Assembly (NCBI GenBank): GCA_964537055.1
Contig: CAZHYV010000004.1
Coordinates: 46,172 to 110,171 of the forward strand
Direction of reading: 5' to 3'
Source of the DNA: an uncultured Myxococcales bacterium
GTDB lineage: Bacteria > Myxococcota_A > Polyangia > Palsa-1104 > JAEUJZ01
DNA: 64,000 bases
Part shown: positions 1 to 8,487 of the stretch, one piece after another
How the letters are laid out: each line of letters starts with the position of its first letter
How positions within the stretch are numbered: position 1 is the stretch's first letter
The notes under the pieces: generated by a model
The model's database searches: none
The model's input: only the letters and a program-made list of their open reading frames with translations
What the model was told of the DNA's origin: nothing
Program-made: the position numbers and the translations under genes

Positions 1-793
1 CTCGAATTCTATCGAGGTCGCTTTTAAGGAAGGCACCTCCTTTGGTGCGAAGTTAATAGCTGTAGACCAGACCCTTGATCTTGCATTACTTCAGCTTATG
101 GACATAAGAGATTTCAGATTAAAACCGGTAGTATGGGGAGACTCCGAAAGTCTGCGAGTTGGAGAGGGGGTCGTTGTCATCGGGCACCCCTTTGGAATGG
201 ATCAAACAGTCACGGTAGGAATTATTAGTGGTACCCACCGTACACTTCGATATCGATCGGGAATAAAAGAGCGCTCTATCATTTATCGAAACTTACTGCA
301 GACTGATTCATCAATTCATGCAGGAAATTCTGGTGGCCCCTGGTTCAATCTTTCAGGAGAAGTCATTGGGATTAGCACATTGCTTATGAACCCAGGTGGA
401 GGCAGCGGCGGGATTGGTTTTGCGATTCCTTCGAATGAAGCACAAACAAGCATACAGAGGATGATAACAGCAAGGAACATCATTTTTAGAGAGCTAGGTA
501 TAGTTATGGAGCCTTATACGCATCAAAGTCGAGAAATGCTAGAGAATAGAATAGGAAAAAAAGATCAAGGAGGAGTTATTGCTGAGATCAAACTTGGCAG
601 TGTAGCAGAGATAGCTGGGCTTCTGCCTAACGATGTTCTTCTTACTATAGAAGATCAATCTTTTTCTAATGAGAGTGAGCTAGCTAGGCTTATTATACAT
701 CGAGCTCAGAAAAACACTTTACGGATTGAGATTTTGCGTAGGGGACAAAGAGACCCCCAGGCTCTATCTGTAAAAATGAAAATGCTTCCTTAA
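1..793 (+). CDS. htrA: HtrA/DegP-family periplasmic serine protease, C-terminal part (trypsin domain end + PDZ); 5' end lies outside the window
   Basis: The reading frame is open from base 2 of the window. GNSGGP catalytic-Ser motif and a PDZ-like C-terminal region are present; ORF track 98..793 extends in frame to the window start. Confidence 0.85.
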   Translation, partial: SNSIEVAFKEGTSFGAKLIAVDQTLDLALLQLMDIRDFRLKPVVWGDSESLRVGEGVVVIGHPFGMDQTVTVGIISGTHRTLRYRSGIKERSIIYRNLLQTDSSIHAGNSGGPWFNLSGEVIGISTLLMNPGGGSGGIGFAIPSNEAQTSIQRMITARNIIFRELGIVMEPYTHQSREMLENRIGKKDQGGVIAEIKLGSVAEIAGLLPNDVLLTIEDQSFSNESELARLIIHRAQKNTLRIEILRRGQRDPQALSVKMKMLP

Positions 794-1185
794 GTTTTCT
801 TCGAAAGCTTTGGCTGTCTTGCTGATTGTGCTTTTAACGAAACATACCGGAACGTTTTTGAAAAAAATGTACTTTTGGAGTCTTTTTTCTTCTCTTCTAC
901 CACTGCAGAAACTTCTGAGAATCGATTAGGTTCCATCGATACGGTACTTACCCCTTCATTTTCTAAGTCTTGTTTAAGTAATTCCAAAAAATTAGAAGGA
1001 ATTCCTTCTGGTGGTTCATCTAAGATAGTTGGAATTTCCTTAATCGGCGTGCTAATGTTATCATTTCCAGAAATTTCATAGATGACTTTCCCCGCAGGTG
1101 TTTCAGACACTGGCGGCTCCGAACCACAGCCTGCAATAAGGAAGATAAAACTCATGCTCATCCAAATGTTGCTTTTCTTCCACAT
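790..1185 (-). CDS. small lipoprotein (signal peptide MWKKSNIWMSMSFIFLIAGC); N-terminal motif shared with the adjacent gene at 1778..2668
   Basis: ORF 790..1227 trimmed to the internal ATG at 1185, which is preceded by an AGGAGG Shine-Dalgarno. Lipobox LIAGC. The ISTPIKEIPTILDEPPEGIPSNFL motif is paralogous to the downstream protein. Confidence 0.6.
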   Translation of the reverse strand: MWKKSNIWMSMSFIFLIAGCGSEPPVSETPAGKVIYEISGNDNISTPIKEIPTILDEPPEGIPSNFLELLKQDLENEGVSTVSMEPNRFSEVSAVVEEKKKDSKSTFFSKTFRYVSLKAQSARQPKLSKKT

Positions 1186-1219
1186 AGTTCCTCCTATTTC
1201 ATGTTTCTCTTTGACAAGT

Positions 1220-1738
1220 TTACACAATGGGTTTCTCTAGCGTCTCACTAAAAGATTGTGCCATTTGCAGGGCTCGCTCCTCATTCCCCGCCTGGACGAG
1301 CAGTTGAGCATCTCGATCTGAACGAATCGCTTCCACCTCCCAAGAGGAAGAACCCCGCAATCGAGCCGTCCTTTGGACTCGTATTCCGGCTATCTTCTCT
1401 ACAGGAATTACTCGTTTCCACGGAAGAAAGAAAAATCGGTCTTGAATCTCAAGCAATCTTTTCTCTTTGTCGTAATAAATCTTTTGATTCATAAACCATA
1501 GGCTCAGAAAGAACAGAGATAATAGCTCTGCAAGTACCCATCCCACAGGCCGAGAAAAATTTCCATCCACTTTGACCTCAAAAAAAGGAAGCTGGACATA
1601 GATTCCATATCGATAAAGGATCTTCAGAATGAGGAGATAAGTTACCAAAATTGCAATCGGAAGAAAGAGGATTGCGATGAACCATGGAAATCGAGCAGAG
1701 TAAAGCAATTGGCGATTTGATTGATCGTGACTCTTCAT
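1220..1738 (-). CDS. membrane protein with two N-terminal TM helices and a bacterial PH-like (YdbS/YdbT-like) cytoplasmic domain
   Basis: Hydrophobic segments FPWFIAILFLPIAILVTYLLIL and VGWVLAELLSLFFLSLWF are followed by a soluble ~90 aa domain. The fold assignment is an inference. Confidence 0.5.
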   Translation of the reverse strand: MKSHDQSNRQLLYSARFPWFIAILFLPIAILVTYLLILKILYRYGIYVQLPFFEVKVDGNFSRPVGWVLAELLSLFFLSLWFMNQKIYYDKEKRLLEIQDRFFFLPWKRVIPVEKIAGIRVQRTARLRGSSSWEVEAIRSDRDAQLLVQAGNEERALQMAQSFSETLEKPIV

Positions 1739-1777
1739 ATGGCTAACACCTTATCTCCTAACCCTCATCTTAATGAC

Positions 1778-2668
1778 CTATGAATTTGGAATCCACCCAA
1801 TTTCGATAAAACCGCCAAAGCACCCTGAGCTTCCTGCATTGACAATCTCACCCTCACTACTTGGGCAGATATCATAGGACACATTCCCTTGTATACCCGC
1901 TTGTACCTTAGCGCCTACCTTATTTGCTAGCTGGTTGAGAGTAGCACCTACAGGAAGACGGCGCAGCAAATCGATAAAAACAATTCCTTCGAGAGACCCT
2001 TTGCATTTACTCGAAAGCCCACATACAAATCCTACGGAAAGTCCATTGATGATATCGAAACTAAACTTTTTGGCAGGAGAAAAGAACGCTACCCCAGCGA
2101 GAGAGAAGTCCTTATACCATTCCACTTGGCATTCTGGTGCGCAGGTGCCGTACTTTCCCCACTTAAGTCTAGAATCAGTCCAAATATGATAGGCATTGTC
2201 TTTAGGCCACTTTTGATACATAGATAGCCCATAAAATGAATCACCTTTATGATAGCCTAACCCTCCCCAGAGCCACCCTGTTAAGTCGATACTTCCTTTC
2301 TCAAAGTCAACACACAATTCAACGGAGGCTACCATTCCAAATTCAATTGGAATCCCCGATAAAGAACTAGCACTCGCTGAGGCCATAGAAACCCCATCTT
2401 TTTGAATGACCTTCTCTAACTGCTGAAGAAAGTCGGAGGGTATTCCGCTTGGAGGCTCATTTAGAATTTTAGGGATCCCCTTGATGGGTGTACTGATCTT
2501 ATTATTCCCTGTAACTTGAAAAACGATCCCTCTCAGAGGATCGGTCAAGGCCTGTTTCCTAAAAGGGTGTTGATTTCGGGGTTTCGAGCTTTCCTGTTGC
2601 CAAGAACACTGTAGAATTAAAAACCCTAAGATGAGAGTAGTAATCTTCACAGAAGAATTTTTGGCCAA
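1778..2668 (-). CDS. secreted/lipoprotein of unknown function (TTG start); paralogous N-terminal motif with 790..1185
   Basis: Signal peptide MAKNSSVKITTLILGFLILQC. The start codon is TTG with an AGGAGGG SD 6 nt upstream. Motif ISTPIKGIPKILNEPPSGIPSDFL. Confidence 0.6.
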   Translation of the reverse strand: MAKNSSVKITTLILGFLILQCSWQQESSKPRNQHPFRKQALTDPLRGIVFQVTGNNKISTPIKGIPKILNEPPSGIPSDFLQQLEKVIQKDGVSMASASASSLSGIPIEFGMVASVELCVDFEKGSIDLTGWLWGGLGYHKGDSFYGLSMYQKWPKDNAYHIWTDSRLKWGKYGTCAPECQVEWYKDFSLAGVAFFSPAKKFSFDIINGLSVGFVCGLSSKCKGSLEGIVFIDLLRRLPVGATLNQLANKVGAKVQAGIQGNVSYDICPSSEGEIVNAGSSGCFGGFIEIGWIPNS

Positions 2669-2927
2669 GGTACCCTCCTACCATTTTCTAAAAATCAATA
2701 ATAATTTAGGACCCTTGTCAAACTTTTATTTTCCTTTTTAGGTCTCGAAGAGTACAAAGAAAACTTGGGATTCGCTGAAATACTGGCTTCTTCTTAAACA
2801 TTTGGAGGGCTGGTACGGCAGAGCTTTGCTTTAAGCCACGAATCGTTCTCAACCACGCTTGCGCATTATGCGGCTCTAGGAGCCTGGGCGCAGCACCACC
2901 AAACAAGATTACTTTCACACCTACAAC

Positions 2928-3076
2928 AAGGAGGTGGGGCGCACTCTTTGCCCAATTGAATCGTTCCGTAAGGATTTTTCGAAGGATGTACCCGATCGGG
3001 CAAACATGCTAAGTGGTTGAAAATACTACCAAAAAAATCGGGGCGAGAGGATTTGAACTTCCGACCCCCAGTCTGG
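2928..3076. repeat. direct repeat copy A (~150 bp) including a 39-nt 3' remnant of tRNA-Pro (3038..3076)
   Basis: About 90% identical to 5656..5821. Contains ...tcggggcgagaggatttgaacttccgacccccagtctgg, the reverse complement of the tRNA acceptor/T-arm. Confidence 0.8.
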
Positions 3077-3298
3077 GGAATTCCGTTGAGAAATCTAAAA
3101 AGATTATTCCGTAGAATCAAGAGATACCTGCCTTTTTCATGACTTATCTACGGATTGATTCATCGGGATTCGGATTAGCTCAATTCATGATTGGAGTAAA
3201 ATTTACGATCTCACTTTTCTCTGTTAGTAAAAAGAAGGTACCTGCCCTATTTCGTTACTCAGGTTCCTTCTCAAGGGTTCTGTGGTATGGAGCAAAGA

Positions 3299-3682
3299 AT
3301 GGAAAAAATTCTCGTGAGTGCTTGCTTGTTAGGAGCGCCTGTTCGTTATAACGGAAAGGATGCTGCCATCGAAAGTCTCTTACTGGCTCGCTGGCAGCAA
3401 GAAGGACGCCTCCTTTCCTTGTGCCCCGAGCAACAAGGAGGCCTTAAAACCCCACGTCCCGCCGCAGAGATTCTGGGAGAAGACGGGAGAGCTGTCTTGC
3501 AGAGAAAAGCCAAGGTGGTCGACCAAGCACTTCAGGAGTATACGGATGCTTTCTTACAAGGAGCTTACGCAGCTCTAAGCGTCTGTCAACGACACCAAAT
3601 CAAAATCGCTATTTTGAAGACGGAACTTCAGGAGGCCGCCCACTGCCTCGATGTCCTTATAGCACAAGGCTCTTCGGGGTGA
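3299..3682 (+). CDS. DUF523 (YbbK-like) family protein
   Basis: N-terminus MEKILVSACLLGAPVRYNGKD is the typical DUF523 signature. The start is chosen at the ATG with a GGAG SD; the ORF could alternatively start at 3287. Confidence 0.6.
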   Translation: MEKILVSACLLGAPVRYNGKDAAIESLLLARWQQEGRLLSLCPEQQGGLKTPRPAAEILGEDGRAVLQRKAKVVDQALQEYTDAFLQGAYAALSVCQRHQIKIAILKTELQEAAHCLDVLIAQGSSG

Positions 3683-3808
3683 TTCCTTACGAGCAAACTG
3701 AAAACTTTTATCCCTAATAGGTAAACAAAGACCAATGAAACGACAACAAAAAGTCTGTTCTAACAAGCTAAAAGGGTCTGTTTCGCAGCTGCCAAATAGG
3801 TTCAAGCC

Positions 3809-4294
3809 ATGACCGCAAGTGAACTGGAGGGTCGAGTCCGTGCAGCCTGGACTAGCATCGCGGCACCTCCTGCAGAAGACATGAAGCTTATGGCGTGGGG
3901 TTGGGGAGAAGAGGCTGCGCGTGCGTTCATCGGAGTTGCTCCCATGGATGTTGATATACAGTCGCACGGATTTCACGCAGCAACACCGCTTTTTGATTTG
4001 CCACCGCGTGCAGCGGCAGCTTATCTTGGGACATATCTTCTATCGTTGATCCAGTCGCTGCAATTTCAAGAAGCGGTTGGCTTGTTCGATGATATCGTTA
4101 CCCGGGCACACATAATCACGTGCATGACGAATCTGCGATTCTGGCATAGGGTCGTACGTGGACAATTACCACTGAATTGTCAACAGGTGGTAGCTCATGT
4201 GGCGCGCTTCTTGGCGGCCCGCCAGGAGGCCCTAGCGCTAAAGCCCGAGCAAGTACAGACATTGCTCGAACTCGCAGATGGTTCCCAGCCATAG
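3809..4294 (+). CDS. hypothetical protein, Ala/Arg-rich, GC-rich ORF (likely horizontally acquired)
   Basis: A 161-aa ORF whose GC is clearly above the flanking genes. It matches no family I recognise. Confidence 0.4.
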   Translation: MTASELEGRVRAAWTSIAAPPAEDMKLMAWGWGEEAARAFIGVAPMDVDIQSHGFHAATPLFDLPPRAAAAYLGTYLLSLIQSLQFQEAVGLFDDIVTRAHIITCMTNLRFWHRVVRGQLPLNCQQVVAHVARFLAARQEALALKPEQVQTLLELADGSQP

Positions 4295-4457
4295 CCCAAA
4301 AAGGTGAATTTCAAAGGCTTCTGGTCCCCTAGCAAAATCGAAGCCGAAGGGAGCGCGTCTTTCTCATAAACCGCCCGACCCGCTTCCATAGGCTATTCAT
4401 CTACCCATTTCTGCTCCTTATTGACATCAATGCCAAAATACCGTACGTTTCCGCATC

Positions 4458-5615
4458 ATGCTGCAAAGATTATGTAAGCTCCCAGAGAAAAGGTCATTTT
4501 TCCTCTTTGGTGCCCGTCAAACCGGAAAAACCACCTTGGTCCGCTCTCTTTTATCCCCACAGGACTGGGCAATCGATCTATTAAAAAATGATACTTACTT
4601 CTCCTATAAAAAAGATCCTTCTCTCTTTCGTAGAGAAGCGGAAAAAAAGATAGCAAATCAGCCCTCTTTACGAATCATGATTGATGAGATTCAGAAAGTC
4701 CCTGAGCTTCTTTCTGAAGTACATTATCTCATTGAGCAATATCCCGGTATCCAATTTATGATGACGGGATCAAACGCTCGGAAGCTAAGAAGAGGCGCAG
4801 CAAACCTACTAGCAGGAAGAGCTTTCAGTAGAATGTTATTTCCGCTCACGTATCAAGAAACTGCCCCACAGTTCCACCTAGAAGACACCCTGCTCTACGG
4901 CTCTTTGCCCGCTGTTTTATCTTTATCTCCAACAGACAAACGAGATTTTTTAAGGGCTTATACTGACACCTATTTAAAAGAAGAAATCCAGGCTGAAGCT
5001 TTGGTTAGAAATCTAGGGGGATTTCATCGCTTCTTAGAAGTCGCCTCTGCTCAATGCGGTGAGACGATTAATTTTGCCTCCATTGCGAGAGAAAGCGGAA
5101 TTGCTTCGCGTACGATCCAAAGTTATTACGAAATTCTAGAAGACACATTGATCGGTTTTCGATTAGAGGCTTGGAGGAAGAGTGCTCGCAAACGACTTTT
5201 GGAACATCCAAAATTCTATCTTTTCGATACAGGGGTTACGAATGCTATCAATCATCGTTTAGAAGGAAGGCTAGACCCTGTCCAAAAAGGAAGGTTATTT
5301 GAACAATTTATTATTTTAGAAACGGTGAGGATGCTTTCTTATCAGCAAAGTGACATACGGGCTTATTATTGGAGAACCAACCATGGGGCTGAGGTAGATT
5401 TGGTCTTAGAAAAAAACAATGATCTGATTGCAGGGATTGAGATCAAATCATCTCGAGAGATTGCTAGAGCTGATCTGACCGGGCTTCGCTCCCTGAAAGA
5501 GGATTATCCCCATGCAAAATCGTTCATTGTTTCGCAGCTTCCGCACAGCTTCGACCTTGATTTTGCGACTGTATTGTCGTTTCAAGATTATTTTCAGTGG
5601 TTATTAACCCAATAG
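4458..5615 (+). CDS. AAA+ ATPase of the AAA_14 + DUF4143 family
   Basis: Walker A GARQTGKTTL near the N-terminus and a ~385 aa architecture typical of this family. Paralogous to 8488..9615. Confidence 0.8.
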   Translation: MLQRLCKLPEKRSFFLFGARQTGKTTLVRSLLSPQDWAIDLLKNDTYFSYKKDPSLFRREAEKKIANQPSLRIMIDEIQKVPELLSEVHYLIEQYPGIQFMMTGSNARKLRRGAANLLAGRAFSRMLFPLTYQETAPQFHLEDTLLYGSLPAVLSLSPTDKRDFLRAYTDTYLKEEIQAEALVRNLGGFHRFLEVASAQCGETINFASIARESGIASRTIQSYYEILEDTLIGFRLEAWRKSARKRLLEHPKFYLFDTGVTNAINHRLEGRLDPVQKGRLFEQFIILETVRMLSYQQSDIRAYYWRTNHGAEVDLVLEKNNDLIAGIEIKSSREIARADLTGLRSLKEDYPHAKSFIVSQLPHSFDLDFATVLSFQDYFQWLLTQ

Positions 5616-5655
5616 GAAATCTCTTGAACTTATACACTCTGTCTTCATTTTCCAA

Positions 5656-5821
5656 AGGAGGTGGGGCGCAATATTTGCCCAATTGAATCGTTCCGTAAAC
5701 GTTCCGTAAGGATTTTTCGAAGGATGTACCCGATCGGGCAAACATGCTAACTGCTTGAAATTGTTACTAAAAAATCGGGGCGAGAGGATTTGAACCTCCG
5801 ACCCCCAGACCCCCAGTCTGG
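5656..5821. repeat. direct repeat copy B (overlaps the 3' half of tRNA-Pro and ~120 bp downstream of it)
   Basis: Aligns with 2928..3076. Contains an internal cgttccgtaa duplication relative to copy A. Confidence 0.8.
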
Positions 5822-5849
5822 TGCGCTAACCAGGCTGCGCCACGCCCCG
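5775..5849 (-). tRNA. tRNA-Pro (anticodon GGG)
   Basis: Cloverleaf read by eye. Acceptor CGGGGCG/CGCCCCG, D-stem GCGC, anticodon stem CCAGA/TCTGG with loop CTGGGGG, T-arm GGAGG-TTCAAAT-CCTCT, discriminator A, no encoded CCA. Confidence 0.85.
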
Positions 5850-6080
5850 AAAAGTAAAGTGGTTTTATCAGCAATACGCTTTGCCGTCAAGGATTGTTCC
5901 ATAAGCCTCCAGAAAATCTAGCGTCCCCTTCCAGATACCCCTGTAGACTACCTCAAGGCCAGAGCATTCGTGAGTCAGCTGTTGCAAAACGCGCTTCCAG
6001 CCAGCGATGGCCCGTCCCCTTCTGGCCCTTTTCTTATAAAATTCATACCTTAGCCGCCAAGAATCTGCTATAACTCACGA

Positions 6081-7361
6081 ATGCGTTCGTCGCGAATTCC
6101 AGGGTTTTTCCAAATGCCGGCCGAGCTTAGGCGGAAAGAGATTGCCACACGCTGCAAGCTATCCCAAGAAGAAGTGGATCATCTTCTCATGACAGGCCTT
6201 GATTTTTCCACCGCAGACCGAATGACCGAAAATGTCGTTGGTCTATTTAAGCTTCCTCTTTCGATTGCTACCAATTTCCAAATCAATGGAAAAGACTACC
6301 TCATTCCTCTTTGCATCGAAGAACCCTCGGTGGTTGCCGCCGCCTCCAGAGCAGCCCTTTTGGTCCGAGAGGGTGGTGGCTTTTCGGCTACTTCCGACCC
6401 ACCTGTTATGATTGGACAGGTTCAACTACTCGAGGTAAAGGATACGAAAGCGGCCAAAGAATCGCTCCTTGCTAGGCAAGATGAACTTATTTCTCTTGGG
6501 AACCAGATGGTGCCTTCCCTGGTTCGTCGTGGGGGCGGCTTGCGAGGAATCGAAGTACGTATTCTCACAGAAAGCCCATCCCCTCCTCGTCAAGCTACAG
6601 AACCACATCTTTCCTTCTCTACGACCTCAACCACGAAAGCCTCATCCTCAGTCATCTCATCCACAAGAGCCCTATCTCCTGGACAAACATCTTCCGGCGA
6701 AATGGTGATCCATCTTCTGGTTGATTGCCAAGATGCGATGGGTGCCAATCTGACCAACCAAGTCGCAGAATCTTTGGCCCCAAGGCTTGCCGAGCTTTCG
6801 ATGGGTCGCGTGGGACTACGCATCCTATCGAATCTTTCAATCTATCGGAAAGTCCAAGCAAAGTGTACCATTCCTGTAAGCACGCTTGCCTATCAATCTT
6901 TCTCAGGCGAAGAAATGCGAGACCGTATCATTTCGGCAAGTGATTTTGCCAAAAAAGATCCCTTTCGAGCAGCCACCCACAACAAAGGAATTATGAACGG
7001 GGTAGATGCGCTAGTGATCGCGACGGGGAATGATTTCCGTGCCGTAGAAGCAGGCGCACATGCCTACGCATCACTCTCGGGGAACTACCAGCCACTCGCC
7101 ATTTGGAGTAAAAGCAAAGAAGGGCACTTACAGGGAGAGCTAGAGATGCCTCTCTCGCTTGGAACCAAAGGAGGAACCCTTGCCGCCAGAAGGGATGTAG
7201 CCTTGGTACTTAAAATTCTCGAAATAGAGTCCGCCCAAGAACTTTCTCAGGTGGCTGGATGTGTAGGCCTTGCCACCAACCTTTCTGCGCTCCGGGCTCT
7301 TTCCAGTGGGGGCATCCAAAAAGCCCATATGCCTCTCCATTACCGATCAATCGCAAAATAG
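6081..7361 (+). CDS. mvaA: class II (NAD(P)H-dependent) HMG-CoA reductase with a Ser/Thr-rich low-complexity insertion
   Basis: ENVVG, DAMGAN and GTKGG-type motifs are present. It is collinear with Pseudomonas mevalonii HMGR except for a ~40 aa S/T-rich insert before the DAMGAN block. Confidence 0.85.
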   Translation: MRSSRIPGFFQMPAELRRKEIATRCKLSQEEVDHLLMTGLDFSTADRMTENVVGLFKLPLSIATNFQINGKDYLIPLCIEEPSVVAAASRAALLVREGGGFSATSDPPVMIGQVQLLEVKDTKAAKESLLARQDELISLGNQMVPSLVRRGGGLRGIEVRILTESPSPPRQATEPHLSFSTTSTTKASSSVISSTRALSPGQTSSGEMVIHLLVDCQDAMGANLTNQVAESLAPRLAELSMGRVGLRILSNLSIYRKVQAKCTIPVSTLAYQSFSGEEMRDRIISASDFAKKDPFRAATHNKGIMNGVDALVIATGNDFRAVEAGAHAYASLSGNYQPLAIWSKSKEGHLQGELEMPLSLGTKGGTLAARRDVALVLKILEIESAQELSQVAGCVGLATNLSALRALSSGGIQKAHMPLHYRSIAK

Positions 7362-7475
7362 ATCTTTGGTCGTAAATTGAACCTATTGTAACCAGGTCAG
7401 CCTAAATAGATAACACAGAGTTAGCCCCTTTATTCTTTCCTCGACCCCAGATATAGGCTGTGATATGATAGACAG

Positions 7476-8480
7476 ATGGAGCTTCTCCCATCCCTGCCCG
7501 AAAGTCTTGTGGACCTACCTTTTCAACATATTCCCCTAGGTACCTTCTCGGGGCATCTGCCGTACTTAAATTTTAAGCACCTATCCTCTCGTCCTTGGCA
7601 GCGCTTCACCCATCAGAAACATTGGATGTTTTTATCACTCACCGCCGATCCCATCTTTATGGGGATCGCTATTGTAGATTTAAGCTATGCTACCAAGGCC
7701 TTTTTGTTTGTATACGACCAGCAGAAAATGTCTTTTCTTGTCCATTTTTCGAAAATGGGTCCTCCTCTGCTTGCAGGTGTGAAAGCAACCCCGACGTTCG
7801 ATCGGATGGCGTGGTTTCGTTTTGGAGGAGTGTTTTTGTGCTTGTACAGCAGTCTTAAAGAGGAACGCTATGAGCTTACAGTCCACGCACCCCATCTTTT
7901 GATCGAAGCAGAGCTTTCCGGTAGGGAAGCACCTGCACCATTGTCAGCGATAGGGACACATGGACCCGGTCTCCTTCATACTACAGAAAAGTCTGTCTTC
8001 CTGAACGCAACTGGACAGCTGAGAGTAAACGGAACGCTTCATTCCCTTAACCACGGTATCGCTGGTCTTGATTATACGCATGGATACCTGCCCCATCGGA
8101 TGGACTGGCGCTGGGCGTTTGCACAAGGCCATGCGAAGACAGGAGAATCCGTGGCTTTTAATATTGCCGACGGCTCCTTGGGTGAATCTGAATGTGCTCT
8201 TTGGATCAATCAGGAGCTTATCCCAATTTCAAAAGGGGAATTCCAATTCTCAAATCATACAAGCAAGACCCCTTGGAGGATTTCTTCTTTGCACAAGACG
8301 GTAGATCTTCTATTTTACCCTGAAGAGTTTCATAAGGAGAAAAACAATTATGTGTTTGTTTCCTCAGACTACATCCAAGGCATAGGTCGCTTTTCTGGAA
8401 GTATCTCTCTTCCAAACCGCCCCACCCTACTTATTGATAAACTCATCGGTGTCACCGAGGCTCAAAAGGTTAGCTGGTAA
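7476..8480 (+). CDS. hypothetical protein (possibly DUF2804-like)
   Basis: A 334-aa ORF with no recognisable catalytic motifs. The family guess is from memory only. Confidence 0.4.
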   Translation: MELLPSLPESLVDLPFQHIPLGTFSGHLPYLNFKHLSSRPWQRFTHQKHWMFLSLTADPIFMGIAIVDLSYATKAFLFVYDQQKMSFLVHFSKMGPPLLAGVKATPTFDRMAWFRFGGVFLCLYSSLKEERYELTVHAPHLLIEAELSGREAPAPLSAIGTHGPGLLHTTEKSVFLNATGQLRVNGTLHSLNHGIAGLDYTHGYLPHRMDWRWAFAQGHAKTGESVAFNIADGSLGESECALWINQELIPISKGEFQFSNHTSKTPWRISSLHKTVDLLFYPEEFHKEKNNYVFVSSDYIQGIGRFSGSISLPNRPTLLIDKLIGVTEAQKVSW

Positions 8481-8487
8481 GACTCCC

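Larger units (their letters stand above)
3077..5655. mobile_element. putative decayed genomic island/integrated element remnant bounded by the tRNA-Pro-derived direct repeats (no integrase retained)
   Basis: Bracketed by direct repeats containing the tRNA 3' segment. The internal ORF 3809..4294 has visibly higher GC than the neighbours. Confidence 0.3.

Noticed and set aside
3038-3076. Possible second tRNA-Pro gene
   Set aside because: Only the 3' 39 nt (acceptor 3' strand, T-arm, part of the anticodon stem) are present. The 5' half is missing, so this is an att-like remnant and not a functional tRNA.
2866-3120. ORF 2866..3120 (-) and ORF 5524..5745 (-), both containing YGTIQLGK.CAPPP
   Set aside because: Both are simply translations of the two copies of the ~150-bp direct repeat and tRNA flank. 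There is no independent coding evidence.
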